Positions 38,137 to 48,902 of a DNA stretch of 64,000 nt are shown here, piece by piece. Position numbers and translations under genes: made by a program. The notes below the pieces were generated by a model, which was given only the letters and a program-made list of their open reading frames with translations, searched no databases and had not been told where the DNA came from. Source of the stretch: Comamonadaceae bacterium (GTDB taxonomy: Bacteria > Pseudomonadota > Gammaproteobacteria > Burkholderiales > Burkholderiaceae_C); NCBI GenBank assembly GCA_947452785.1, contig CANGDZ010000008.1, forward strand, positions 1,069 through 65,068. The letters are read 5' to 3'. Position 1 is the first letter of the stretch. Each line of letters opens with the position of its first letter.

Positions 38137-39078
38137 ATGCAAACGCCACGCGACACCCTGACCCCCGAGGCCTTGGCGATGCTGCAAACCATTGGCAGTA
38201 CCGGCAGCTTTGCCGCCGCTGCCCGCGCTCTGGGTCTGGTGCCCAGCGCCCTGACCTACCGGGTCCGGCAAATCGAAGATGCGCTGGATGTGCTGCTGTT
38301 TGACCGCAGCAGCAAACAAGCCCAGCCCACCGCTGCTGGGCAGGAGTTGCTGCGCGAGGCCTCGCGCCTGTTGAGTGATGTGGACGCGGTGGCGAACCGC
38401 GTCAAACGCGTGGCTACGGGCTGGGAAGCTGTGCTCACGGTAGCGGTCGACAGCATCATGGCGCACAACGTTGTGATGGAGTTGTGCGAGGCTTTTTTGG
38501 CGCTGAACCCTCCCACGCGCCTGCGCCTTCGGCACGAGACCCTATCGGGCACGATCAATGCCCTGACCTCAGGCCAAGCCGATTTGGCGCTGGGCGTGCT
38601 GCTGCCCACGGGCTTGACCAGCGACATCGCGCACCTGCCCCTGGGGCCAGTAGAGTTTGTGTTTGCGGTGGCGCCGCACCACCCGCTGGCCACGCTGCCC
38701 GAGCCGCTGAGCGACGAGGTGCTGCAACAGCACCGCGCTGTGGCCGTGGCCGACTCGGTGCCACGCGGCGCGGGTCTTACCGTGGGCTTGCTGGGCGGGC
38801 AAGACGTGTTCACGGTGCCCGACATGGCCAGCAAACTCGAAGCCCAGCTACGCGGCTTGGGTGGCGGTTTCTTGCCCCTGTCCATGGCCCAGCCCTACCT
38901 CGGCAGCGGCCGCCTGGTGGCCAAAAAAGTCAACCGTGCTCAACGTATAGGGGAAACTCACTACGCGTGGCGAAACAGCCGCAAAGCCGCACCAGGCAAG
39001 GCTTTGCAGTGGTGGTTAGATCAACTGCAGAGCGAAACGACACAGCGCGCGCTGCTGCAACCCCAATATCGCGTGTAG
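38137..39078 (+). CDS. LysR-family transcriptional regulator
   Basis: HTH region LAMLQTIGSTGSFAAAARALGLVPSALTYRVRQIE. First ATG at 38137; track TTG at 38131. Confidence 0.85.
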   Translation: MQTPRDTLTPEALAMLQTIGSTGSFAAAARALGLVPSALTYRVRQIEDALDVLLFDRSSKQAQPTAAGQELLREASRLLSDVDAVANRVKRVATGWEAVLTVAVDSIMAHNVVMELCEAFLALNPPTRLRLRHETLSGTINALTSGQADLALGVLLPTGLTSDIAHLPLGPVEFVFAVAPHHPLATLPEPLSDEVLQQHRAVAVADSVPRGAGLTVGLLGGQDVFTVPDMASKLEAQLRGLGGGFLPLSMAQPYLGSGRLVAKKVNRAQRIGETHYAWRNSRKAAPGKALQWWLDQLQSETTQRALLQPQYRV

Positions 39079-39096
39079 AGCGTGTAGAGTAGGTAC

Positions 39097-40143
39097 ATGA
39101 CAAAACATTTCGCCATCATCGGCGCCGGCATCGCCGGCATTACTTGCGCACGCACTTTGGTCCAAGCCGGCCACCAAGTGACGGTTTTTGAAAAGAGCCG
39201 AGGCGTGGGTGGGCGCATGAGCACCCGCAGCACCCCCTTTGGCAGTTTTGACCACGGCACGCAGTACTTCACCGTGCGCGACGCCCGCTTTACACAAGCC
39301 ATAGAAACCGCGCCCGGCGTGTGCAAGCCTTGGAGCGCCAACGCCGTGCGGGTGCTCGACGCCATGGGCCGCGTGGTGGAGGCCGCTTTGCCGCACCGCG
39401 AATCGCATTGGGTGGCCAAGCCCGGCATGAACGCCTTGGTCAAAGCCTGGGCCCTGCCGCTTGAAGGTCAAGTCCAAGTGAGCACCAAGGTGCTGCGCAT
39501 TGCGCGCGATGCCATGAACAAAAAACAATGGCAGCTGCACACCGAGGGCGAAGACCAAGACGGGAGCAAGACCAACCATGTGTTTGCCGGCTTCGACGGC
39601 GTGCTGCTGGCCCAGCCACCGCTGCAAGCGCAAGAACTGCTGCGTACTTCAGCCCTGGCCCCTGCGCTGGTCAAGCCTTTGAACGCGGTGCAAGTGGCGC
39701 CCTGCTGGACCTTGATGGTGGCCTTTCCGAACGCCGCGCAGTCCATCACCCTGGGACCACAGTGGAACGCCGCGCGCAGCAACCACCACCGCGTGGCCTG
39801 GCTGGCACGCGAATCGTCCAAGCCCGGTCGCAACCAGTTGGAGCGTTGGACCATTCAAGCCAGCGCCGCCTGGTCACAAGAACACCTGGAAGACGCGCCT
39901 GAACGCGTGCAAGCCAAGCTGCTCAAAGCGTTTTCTGAAATCACCGGTATCCGCGCCACACCGGCCCATGCCGATGTGCACCGCTGGCGCTACGCCAAAA
40001 CGCTGCAACCGCTGGGCAAAACCCATTTGTGGGATGCCAAGCAGGGCCTGGGTATTTGCGGCGACTGGTGCATCGGCCACCGCGCCGAAGACGGATTTGT
40101 CTCGGGTCTGGAACTCTCGCTAGCCGTAGCGCAGAGCGCGTAA
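39097..40143 (+). CDS. NAD(P)/FAD-dependent oxidoreductase (renalase-like)
   Basis: Dinucleotide-binding start MTKHFAIIGAGIAGITCA...VTVFEKSRGVGGRM. Confidence 0.75.
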   Translation: MTKHFAIIGAGIAGITCARTLVQAGHQVTVFEKSRGVGGRMSTRSTPFGSFDHGTQYFTVRDARFTQAIETAPGVCKPWSANAVRVLDAMGRVVEAALPHRESHWVAKPGMNALVKAWALPLEGQVQVSTKVLRIARDAMNKKQWQLHTEGEDQDGSKTNHVFAGFDGVLLAQPPLQAQELLRTSALAPALVKPLNAVQVAPCWTLMVAFPNAAQSITLGPQWNAARSNHHRVAWLARESSKPGRNQLERWTIQASAAWSQEHLEDAPERVQAKLLKAFSEITGIRATPAHADVHRWRYAKTLQPLGKTHLWDAKQGLGICGDWCIGHRAEDGFVSGLELSLAVAQSA

Positions 40144-40164
40144 GCCAGCCAAGCACTGCGCGCA

Positions 40165-41085
40165 TTGCCGTCCTCTGCCGCATCCGACTATGTCGGGCGC
40201 TTTGCGCCCTCACCCACTGGGCCCTTGCATGCCGGCTCACTGGTGGCGGCGCTGGCCAGTTGGCTGGACGCCCAAGCGCATGGCGGCCAGTGGCTGGTTC
40301 GGATCGAGGACGTGGACACACCGCGCTGCATCCCCGGCGCCGCTGAAATCATCTTGCAGCAACTGGCCCTGTGCGGCCTGCACAGCGACGGCCCGGTGCT
40401 GCGCCAGTCCGAGCGCGCCGCCCATTACCAAGCCGCTTTGGACGCCTTGATCGCGCAAGGCCTGGCCTACCCCTGTGGTTGTTCGCGCAAAGAAATTGAA
40501 GCCGCGCAAAGCCAGCAACCGGCGCGCCATAGCGCTGCGGTCTACCCGGGCACGTGCCGCCCGAGCCCCTATGGCCTTGGCCTGCAAGGCAAAGCGCCGC
40601 GCGCTTGGCGCTTGAACATTCAAGCCGTGCGCGACCTCCACCACTTACCTGCTGTGACCCCATGGATGGATGCCCAATTGGGGCCGCAACAGCAAAACGT
40701 CGCCCAGGACGTCGGCGACTTTGTGCTGCTGCGCGCCGACGGCCTGTGGGCCTACCAACTGGCCGTGGTGGTGGACGACGCCTTACAAGGCGTCACCCAC
40801 GTGGTGCGCGGCGCCGACCTGTGCGACAACACAGCCCGGCAAATGGTGCTGCAAAAGGCTTTGGGCCTGCCCAGACCGCAGTACCTCCACACGCCCTTGG
40901 TGCTGGCTGATGATGGCGAAAAACTCTCCAAACAAAACGGCGCGCAAGCGCTGGACTTGTCACACCCTTTGCGCGCCTTGAACGCGGCGGCAGTTCATTT
41001 GGGTTTGCCCGCGCAAACCGGCTCTGTGCAAGAGGCACTTTCGCAATGGACAGCGCTTTGGTCAACGAATGAGTCAACCCATTGA
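40165..41085 (+). CDS. gluQ: tRNA glutamyl-Q(34) synthetase
   Basis: [18 protein letters not shown] (HIGH-like) and truncated GluRS catalytic domain with KLSKQ. The only available start is the TTG at 40165. Confidence 0.9.
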   Translation: MPSSAASDYVGRFAPSPTGPLHAGSLVAALASWLDAQAHGGQWLVRIEDVDTPRCIPGAAEIILQQLALCGLHSDGPVLRQSERAAHYQAALDALIAQGLAYPCGCSRKEIEAAQSQQPARHSAAVYPGTCRPSPYGLGLQGKAPRAWRLNIQAVRDLHHLPAVTPWMDAQLGPQQQNVAQDVGDFVLLRADGLWAYQLAVVVDDALQGVTHVVRGADLCDNTARQMVLQKALGLPRPQYLHTPLVLADDGEKLSKQNGAQALDLSHPLRALNAAAVHLGLPAQTGSVQEALSQWTALWSTNESTH

Positions 41086-41094
41086 GCAGCGCTT

Positions 41095-41116
41095 GGGTCA
41101 CGGCTTGGGGTGACCC
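41095..41116 (+). terminator. candidate terminator hairpin after gluQ
   Basis: GGGTCAC-GGCTTGGG-GTGACCC followed by the T-rich TCTACAATTTGCTCTTTTG. The CTACAAT could also serve as a -10 for trmB. Confidence 0.4.
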
Positions 41117-41152
41117 TCTACAATTTGCTCTTTTGCACCACCCGCTTCGCGC

Positions 41153-41905
41153 ATGACCTCCCCTACTCCGGTCTCTCCCTCTTCGTCCGATGCTCCCGTC
41201 AAACCTAAAGGCATCCCCACCGATGTCTACCTGCGCACGGTCAAAAGCTATGTTTTACGCGCCGGTCGCACCACCATTGGCCAAGCCAAAGCCTATGAGC
41301 TGTATGGTCCTGCGAATTTGCTGAACTACCAAGCCGCGCCGCTGGACACCGCTGCGGCCTTTGGCCGCGTGGCGCCGGTGATTTTTGAAATCGGTTTTGG
41401 CATGGGTGAGGCCAGCGCACACATTGCCAAAGTGCGCCCGCAAGACAATTTTTTGTGCTGCGAAGTGCACGAAGCCGGCGTGGGCGCTTTGCTCAAGCGC
41501 ATTGGCGAGCAAGACCTGCACAACATCCGCATCTTGCGCCATGACGCGGTGGAGGTGATCGACCACATGCTGCCCGAAAGCAGTCTGGACGGCGTGCACA
41601 TCTTCTTTCCCGATCCGTGGCACAAGACCAAGCACAACAAGCGCCGACTGATTCAAGCCGCGCTGGTGCGCAAACTTGCGCTGCGCCTAAAACCCGGCGG
41701 CTACCTGCACTGTGCCACCGACTGGCAACCCTATGCCGAGCAAATGCTTGAAGTGATCAGCGCCGAGCCCTTGCTGCGCAACACGGCCAGCGCCCAGCAA
41801 CAGGGCTATGCGCCGCAACCCGATTACCGACCGCTCACCAAATTTGAAAACCGGGGCCTCAAGCTCGGCCATGGCGTGTGGGACCTGGTGTTCAAGCGCG
41901 TCTGA
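41153..41905 (+). CDS. trmB: tRNA (guanine(46)-N7)-methyltransferase
   Basis: 250 aa. SAM-binding FEIGFGMGE and [15 protein letters not shown]. Confidence 0.9.
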   Translation: MTSPTPVSPSSSDAPVKPKGIPTDVYLRTVKSYVLRAGRTTIGQAKAYELYGPANLLNYQAAPLDTAAAFGRVAPVIFEIGFGMGEASAHIAKVRPQDNFLCCEVHEAGVGALLKRIGEQDLHNIRILRHDAVEVIDHMLPESSLDGVHIFFPDPWHKTKHNKRRLIQAALVRKLALRLKPGGYLHCATDWQPYAEQMLEVISAEPLLRNTASAQQQGYAPQPDYRPLTKFENRGLKLGHGVWDLVFKRV

Positions 41906-41907
41906 CC

Positions 41908-42819
41908 ATGCCGATTCCGACACGCAACGGTGTGGGCCCCAGTTGCGTGTCGCTCCCTGCGGGCCCTTGGCCCACAGTGCTCGACTTTCTGGTCGAGCGC
42001 ATGCCCTACATAACGCGGCGTGAATGGACCGAGCGACTGCAAGTCCAATCGGTGCTGAACGAACAAGGTGAGCCCGTCACGGCTGCACAGACTTACACAC
42101 CGCACACCCGGCTTTTTTACTACCGGCATATCGCCAATGAGCCGCAGTTGCCTTTCGAGGCCAGCATCGTGTTTGAAGACGAGCGCCTGCTGGTGGCCGA
42201 CAAACCGCACTTTATGCCTGTCACGCCAGCCGGGCGCTATGTGCAGCAAAGCCTGTTGGTGCAACTGAAAAACCGCACCGGCTGCGACGACCTGGTGCCG
42301 CTACACCGCATCGACCGCGAAACTGCCGGGCTGGTCTTGTTCGGCAAACGTACAGAGGACCGTGACGCCTACCACGCGCTGTTTCGCAAGCAACAGATCC
42401 ACAAGACGTACCACGCCGTGGCGCCCTACCGAGCTGAGCTGTCCTGGCCGAGGGTGCACACCAGCCGCTTGGTGAATGGCGAACCTTTCTTTCGCATGCA
42501 AGAAGCGCCGGGCCCGGCCAACAGCGAAACCCGCATCAGCCTGCTGTGCCATGAGGGCGAAAGTGCCAACCCGTGTGCCCTTTATCAACTGGAACCCGTC
42601 AGCGGCAAACGCCACCAACTGCGGGTGCACATGATGGCGCTGGGCCTGCCTTTGGTCGGCGATTTGTTTTACCCCCAGGTGCTGCGCGGCCCCGATGAGC
42701 CCGAAAACTTCAGCCAGCCCTTGCAATTGCTGGCCAAACGCATCCACTTTATAGACCCGGTGACGGGCCAAGACACGACGTTTGAAAGCCAGCTGCACTT
42801 GCGTTTGCGCTTGGGCTGA
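41908..42819 (+). CDS. RluA-family pseudouridine synthase
   Basis: Catalytic motif LHRIDRETAGLVLF. Start re-set to ATG 41908, 3 nt after the trmB stop. Confidence 0.8.
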   Translation: MPIPTRNGVGPSCVSLPAGPWPTVLDFLVERMPYITRREWTERLQVQSVLNEQGEPVTAAQTYTPHTRLFYYRHIANEPQLPFEASIVFEDERLLVADKPHFMPVTPAGRYVQQSLLVQLKNRTGCDDLVPLHRIDRETAGLVLFGKRTEDRDAYHALFRKQQIHKTYHAVAPYRAELSWPRVHTSRLVNGEPFFRMQEAPGPANSETRISLLCHEGESANPCALYQLEPVSGKRHQLRVHMMALGLPLVGDLFYPQVLRGPDEPENFSQPLQLLAKRIHFIDPVTGQDTTFESQLHLRLRLG

Positions 42820-42832
42820 CAACTCAAGAAAA

Positions 42833-42863
42833 AAGGCCGTTGCACTCGGAGTTCAACGGCCTT
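42833..42863. terminator. bidirectional hairpin between the convergent pseudouridine synthase gene and ligC
   Basis: AAGGCCGTTG-(11 nt)-CAACGGCCTT. Flanked by an A-run upstream and a T-containing tail downstream. Confidence 0.55.
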
Positions 42864-42888
42864 CAATTCAAGCTCAAGCAAGAGAACA

Positions 42889-43845
42889 TTAGCCGTTCAG
42901 CTGCTGCTCCAAATCGTGCAGCACCTTGTAGCAAGGCAGCACCTGCGTCACGCTGGAGTTGGGCTCACGCCCTTCTTTGATCGCGGCGAAGAACTCGCGG
43001 TCTTGCAGCTCAATGCCGTTCATCGACACCGCCACTTTGGACACGTCAATCTGCTCTTCTTTGCCGGTGTACAGGTCGTCGTAACGGGCCAAATAAGTGC
43101 CGGTATCGCCGATGTAGCGAAAGTAAGTGCCTAAGGGGCCGTCGTTGTTGAACGATAAGCTCAGCGTGCAAATCGCGCCGTTGGCCGCTTGCAGTTGGAT
43201 GCTCATGTCCATCGCAATGCCCAGGGCTGGATGGATCGGACCTTGCACCGCGTTGGCTTTGACGATGGGGCTGCCGGCTTGGTAAGCGAACAAGTCAACG
43301 GTGTGCGCAGCGTGGTGCCACAGCAAGTGGTCGGTCCAGCTGCGGGCTTGGCCCAGCGCGTTCATGTTGGTGCGGCGGAAAAAGTAAGTTTGCACATCCA
43401 TTTGCTGGATGTTGAATTCACCCGCTTTGATTTTGTGGTGCACCCACTGGTGGCTGGGGTTGAAACGGCGGGTGTGACCGCACATCGCCACCAGACCTTT
43501 GGTTTGCGCCACGCGGGCCACTTCTTCGGCGTCCTTCCAGCTGTCGGCCAGCGGGATTTCCACTTGCACGTGCTTGCCGGCGTTCAAACACGCAAAGCTT
43601 TGCGCGGCGTGCATTTGCGTGGGCGTGCACAAAATCACGGCATCCACTTCGGCCAAGGCCAAGCTGTCGGCCAGGTTGGTGGTGGTGTGCTGGATGCCGT
43701 ATTTGGCGGCAACTTCTTTAGTCTTGTCTAAGTCACGACTGATCAAGGAAACGACTTCAACACCGTCGATGTTCTTGATGCCGTCCAGGTGTTTGATGCC
43801 AAAGGCACCCGCGCCCGCGAGGGCGACTTTGATGGTTTTGCTCAT
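42889..43845 (-). CDS. ligC: Gfo/Idh/MocA oxidoreductase, likely 4-carboxy-2-hydroxymuconate-6-semialdehyde dehydrogenase
   Basis: Rossmann start MSKTIKVALAGAGAFGIKH. Lies immediately downstream of ligAB as in known PCA 4,5-cleavage operons. ATG 43845 has GGAG 7 nt upstream. Confidence 0.75.
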   Translation of the reverse strand: MSKTIKVALAGAGAFGIKHLDGIKNIDGVEVVSLISRDLDKTKEVAAKYGIQHTTTNLADSLALAEVDAVILCTPTQMHAAQSFACLNAGKHVQVEIPLADSWKDAEEVARVAQTKGLVAMCGHTRRFNPSHQWVHHKIKAGEFNIQQMDVQTYFFRRTNMNALGQARSWTDHLLWHHAAHTVDLFAYQAGSPIVKANAVQGPIHPALGIAMDMSIQLQAANGAICTLSLSFNNDGPLGTYFRYIGDTGTYLARYDDLYTGKEEQIDVSKVAVSMNGIELQDREFFAAIKEGREPNSSVTQVLPCYKVLHDLEQQLNG

Positions 43846-43861
43846 GTGTTTCTCCAAAGGA

Positions 43862-45186
<1,325 letters not shown>

Positions 45187-45196
45187 AACTTTTCCT

Positions 45197-46900
45197 TTAT
45201 TGCAAACACTTGAAGCTGCCAGCGACGTTGATATCGCCACCTTGGTAACGTGGCACCAGGGGCCACTGGCACAACGGCCGTGAGCGCAGCAAATTGACAG
45301 GCAAGGTGACCGACTGGTCCAGCAACTCCAAAGTTGCAGGGGCTTTGCCGCGTTCCACCCAATCGGTCAAAGCGCCAAGCATGTCCACATTGGCTGGTGC
45401 GCCCGCGCCTACATGGTCCACGCCCGGTGCGGTATACAAACGCATAAAGGCCTGCGTGCTGGCCGCGCCCATTTTCTGGCGCACCGACTCGTAGTAGCCA
45501 ATGCCGGCATAAGGGCTTTGCGCATAATCAGCTAAGTTTTCCATCATGATCAACTTGCCGCCACGGGCGTGAAAAGCAGACAAATCAGGGTTGGTCGAAT
45601 CCATCAAGGCTGAGATTTCTTTCACCCGCGCCGCATGGTCACGCGCTTGGTAAGTGGTGACATTCAGCGAAGGGTCTCGGCCATAAAAATACTGAATGGC
45701 ACCGGCACCATAGAACCAAGCAATCCCGTTGCTGGGTTGGGGCGGCAGAGAAGGTGCGGCGGCACCGGTCCACCACGCCATCCAACCGCCTGTCGCCGCA
45801 AAGGCAGGTGTCGCCTCGCCACTGGGACCGCGCCCGGGGTATTCGCGCAGGCCATTGGCCAACTCCACGTCCATGCGCAAAGGTGAACCCAAGGTTTTCA
45901 CGGCTTTGACTTGCGGTGCCGTCAAACAGCTGTCGCTGGCCGCGCCTTCGCATTGGAGTTTGCGCACATCAAAAAGCTGGCGGCAACCCACCGGGTCGGA
46001 CACCACACCGTCAGCCAAGCCGTCAGCCGCATCACAGGCCGCAAGCACCGCTTGGCCCACCAATTTGACTTGCGCAGGGGCCATCCAACCGCCATTCATC
46101 AAAGCCATGCCGTCGCGCAGACCCGCATGCTGCAAGCCTGTCCAGTGGATCACAGGCACGCGGCTGAAAATGCCGTCAAAGTCTTGCGGATAGCGCTGCG
46201 CCATGGTCAGCCCTTCGCGGCCACCTTCGGAGCTGCCCACGAAATACAGCTTCTCCGGCGCCTGGCCATAGCCGCGCTTCATCACCTCGACCGCCACATC
46301 GCGCACCTTCTTGTAAGACGCATGGGCAAAGTTAAGCAAGGCCTCGTCGTTCAAGGCAAAGCTTTGAGGCGGTTCGCCCGGTTTGTTTTGGTGACCCGAA
46401 TCGGTACCGTAAGTCACATAGCCTTGGCTCAAAGGCACAGGCTGGTCAAAGGGCGCGGCGGGGATCATGGACAAGGCGTTGATCAAGGTGCCATTGAAAC
46501 CACCTCCGCCGTACTGCACCGAACGGCCGTTCCAGGTCATGGGCAAATTGATTTGAAACTGAATCAACGGGGCCTGCGGGTCGATGGGCGCGATGGCACC
46601 CAACACACGGCAGAACTGGGGCAAGGCCGGGCTGAAGCGAGCTGCCGGTGTGGGGCCGCGCTCGGCCACAGTGGCGGCACTGGCGGCAACCAAAGTGGCT
46701 GACTCTATGCGCACTGGGCCGCTGGGCAGCGCCATGACTTGCGCCGGCAAGATGGCACCGGCCAAACCCTCACAAGCCCCTTTGAGGGGCAAGGCCTGCG
46801 GCGCTGCGAAAGCAGCGCCAGATATGACGGCGGTCGTCACTGCGGCCATCCAGGCCATGGACAGACCTGTGATTTTGGGGTGCACGATTTCTTTGCTCAT
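45197..46900 (-). CDS. secreted tannase/feruloyl-esterase-family (MHETase-like) alpha/beta hydrolase
   Basis: ATG 46900 with AGGAG 7 nt upstream. Signal peptide ...AVISGAAFA-AP. Nucleophile elbow FVGSSEGGREGLTMAQRYPQDFDGI and C-terminal PGVDHVGAG...ALTDWVERGKAP, both typical of the tannase family. Confidence 0.75.
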   Translation of the reverse strand: MSKEIVHPKITGLSMAWMAAVTTAVISGAAFAAPQALPLKGACEGLAGAILPAQVMALPSGPVRIESATLVAASAATVAERGPTPAARFSPALPQFCRVLGAIAPIDPQAPLIQFQINLPMTWNGRSVQYGGGGFNGTLINALSMIPAAPFDQPVPLSQGYVTYGTDSGHQNKPGEPPQSFALNDEALLNFAHASYKKVRDVAVEVMKRGYGQAPEKLYFVGSSEGGREGLTMAQRYPQDFDGIFSRVPVIHWTGLQHAGLRDGMALMNGGWMAPAQVKLVGQAVLAACDAADGLADGVVSDPVGCRQLFDVRKLQCEGAASDSCLTAPQVKAVKTLGSPLRMDVELANGLREYPGRGPSGEATPAFAATGGWMAWWTGAAAPSLPPQPSNGIAWFYGAGAIQYFYGRDPSLNVTTYQARDHAARVKEISALMDSTNPDLSAFHARGGKLIMMENLADYAQSPYAGIGYYESVRQKMGAASTQAFMRLYTAPGVDHVGAGAPANVDMLGALTDWVERGKAPATLELLDQSVTLPVNLLRSRPLCQWPLVPRYQGGDINVAGSFKCLQ

Positions 46901-46950
46901 GGTTTGTCTCCTGATGTTCGAGTTGTTAACTTCTTTGACCGTGGTCGTTT

Positions 46951-47868
46951 TCAAGCCTGCTCTTCAGGCCAGTACAAGCGCATCGGGTTATCTACCAGCA
47001 GTTTGTATTGCAGCTCAGCGGTGGTCGCGATGTGCGGAATGAAATCCACCAGCAAACCGTCGTCGGGCATGTGGTCTTTCAGGTTGGGGTGCGGCCAGTC
47101 GGTGCCCCAGAGCACGCGATCCGGAAACTCTTCGACGATGCGTTTGGCAAACGGGATCACGTCAGCGTAAGCGTTTTGTTCACCGTTCAAAGCCTTGGGG
47201 CCGGTGACCGACAAACGCTCAGGGCAAGACACTTTGCTCCACACGTTCTTGTGCTCACGCATGAACTTTTGAAACAGCGCAAACTGTGGTCCGTCAACCG
47301 GCAGTGACACATCGGGGCGGCCCATGTGGTCCACCACCACGGTGGTGGGCAGCGTGGTGAAAAAGTCCCACAACTCGGGCAAGTCCACGGCTTCAAAGTA
47401 AATCACCACATGCCAACCCCACTTCGCGATGCGGCTGGCAATTTCCATCAGTTCGTCTTTGGGCGTGAAGTCCACCAGACGCTTAACGAAGTTAAAGCGC
47501 ACGCCGCGAACGCCGGCGTCGTGCATGGTTTGAATTTCTTGGTCGGTGACGCTGCGCTTGACGGTGGCCACGCCACGCGCCTTGCCGCCGGAGTGGACCA
47601 GCGCGTCAACCATGGCGCGGTTGTCAGCGCCGTGGCAGGTGGCTTGCACCACCACGTTGCGGGCAAAGCCCAGGTGATCGCGCAACGCATACAGCTGAGC
47701 CTTGGACGCGTCACAAGGCGTGTACTTGCGCTCGGGCGCAAACGGGAATTCAGCGCCCGGGCCAAACACGTGGCAGTGCGCGTCCACCGCGCCAGCCGGC
47801 ACGGTAAAGCGGGGTTGGCTGGGACCGGTGTACCAGTCCATCCAACCGAGAGTTTTTTCAAATTGCAT
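46951..47868 (-). CDS. ligI: 2-pyrone-4,6-dicarboxylate hydrolase
   Basis: 305 aa amidohydrolase-2 protein. AVDAHCHVFGP start and LigI/PmdD-like sequence and context. Confidence 0.85.
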   Translation of the reverse strand: MQFEKTLGWMDWYTGPSQPRFTVPAGAVDAHCHVFGPGAEFPFAPERKYTPCDASKAQLYALRDHLGFARNVVVQATCHGADNRAMVDALVHSGGKARGVATVKRSVTDQEIQTMHDAGVRGVRFNFVKRLVDFTPKDELMEIASRIAKWGWHVVIYFEAVDLPELWDFFTTLPTTVVVDHMGRPDVSLPVDGPQFALFQKFMREHKNVWSKVSCPERLSVTGPKALNGEQNAYADVIPFAKRIVEEFPDRVLWGTDWPHPNLKDHMPDDGLLVDFIPHIATTAELQYKLLVDNPMRLYWPEEQA

Positions 47869-47897
47869 GGGTTTCTCTTGTCAATTTCTGGGGTGAA

Positions 47898-48869
47898 TCA
47901 ATCGGGTTTGATATTGGCTTCGCGCACCAATTTTTCGTAGCGCACACGCTCGGAGTGGATCAGGTTGGCAAACATCTCAGCGCTGCCGGGCACGACTTCG
48001 CCGCCCACACCGGTCATACGCTCGCGCACCTCTTTGGTTTGCAAGGCTTTTTGCACCTCGGCGTGCAAGCGCGCCACGATGGGCTTGGGCGTGGCCACTG
48101 GGGCCACCAGTCCATACCAGACCGAAGCTTCAAAGCCGGGAAAGCCGGACTCGGCAATGGTCGGGACTTCTGGAAAGTTAGCACTGCGGTTCGGGCTGAG
48201 CACGGCCAGCACTTTCAGGCGGCCGCTGCGCACCTGGGGCAAAGCTTCGAGCGCGTTGATAGCGACCAAAGGCACTTGGCCGCCAATGGTGTCGGTGATG
48301 GCCGGCGCGCCGCCACGGTAAGGAATGTGCTGCAGATCAATGCCTGCGGCGCGTGCGAACAACTCAATCGCCATGTGCGGCGTGGAGCCGTTGCCGGGTG
48401 AGCCATAGGCGATGCTGTTGGGCTTGCCTTTGGCCGCTTCAATCAGTTGCTTGATGTTGGCGTAGGGCACATTGGGGTTGGCGGCAATCACCACGGGCAC
48501 ACGACCGATCATGGACACGGCGACCAGTTCTTTTTCGGCATCAAACGGCACCGGCTGGTACAAGGACATATTGGCCGCCAGTGCGTTGGCCGCCATCAAC
48601 AAGGTGTGACCATCGGCCTCGGCGGTGATCACCGATTTCACGGCGATGTTGGTACCCGCACCCGGTTTGTTTTCCACCACAAAAGGCTGGCCCAGGGTGG
48701 CAGACAGGCTTTGTCCGATGGTGCGTGCCACCACGTCGACCGCGCCGCCCGCGGCGTAACCCACCACCACTTTGACCGGTTTGCTGGGGTAAGAGGCAGG
48801 TTGCGCCATGCTCACCGAGGCCAGGCCTGTGGCGGCCGCGAAGGCCAAAGCCCATTGTGCAAATTTCAT
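47898..48869 (-). CDS. Bug/TctC-family substrate-binding protein (copy 3, inside the lig cluster)
   Basis: Signal peptide followed by YPSKPVKVVVGYAAGGAVDVVARTIGQ...ENKPGAGTNIA. AGGAG upstream of the ATG. Confidence 0.85.
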   Translation of the reverse strand: MKFAQWALAFAAATGLASVSMAQPASYPSKPVKVVVGYAAGGAVDVVARTIGQSLSATLGQPFVVENKPGAGTNIAVKSVITAEADGHTLLMAANALAANMSLYQPVPFDAEKELVAVSMIGRVPVVIAANPNVPYANIKQLIEAAKGKPNSIAYGSPGNGSTPHMAIELFARAAGIDLQHIPYRGGAPAITDTIGGQVPLVAINALEALPQVRSGRLKVLAVLSPNRSANFPEVPTIAESGFPGFEASVWYGLVAPVATPKPIVARLHAEVQKALQTKEVRERMTGVGGEVVPGSAEMFANLIHSERVRYEKLVREANIKPD

Positions 48870-48902
48870 TCAAGTCTCCTGTGGATTATTTAATTGAAAG
48901 AT

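Noticed and set aside
39071-39088. Direct 9-bp duplication GCGTGTAGA-GCGTGTAGA at the stop codon of the LysR gene
   Set aside because: It is a real duplication, but it is a trivial slipped-strand event lying at and after the stop codon, with no evident functional consequence.
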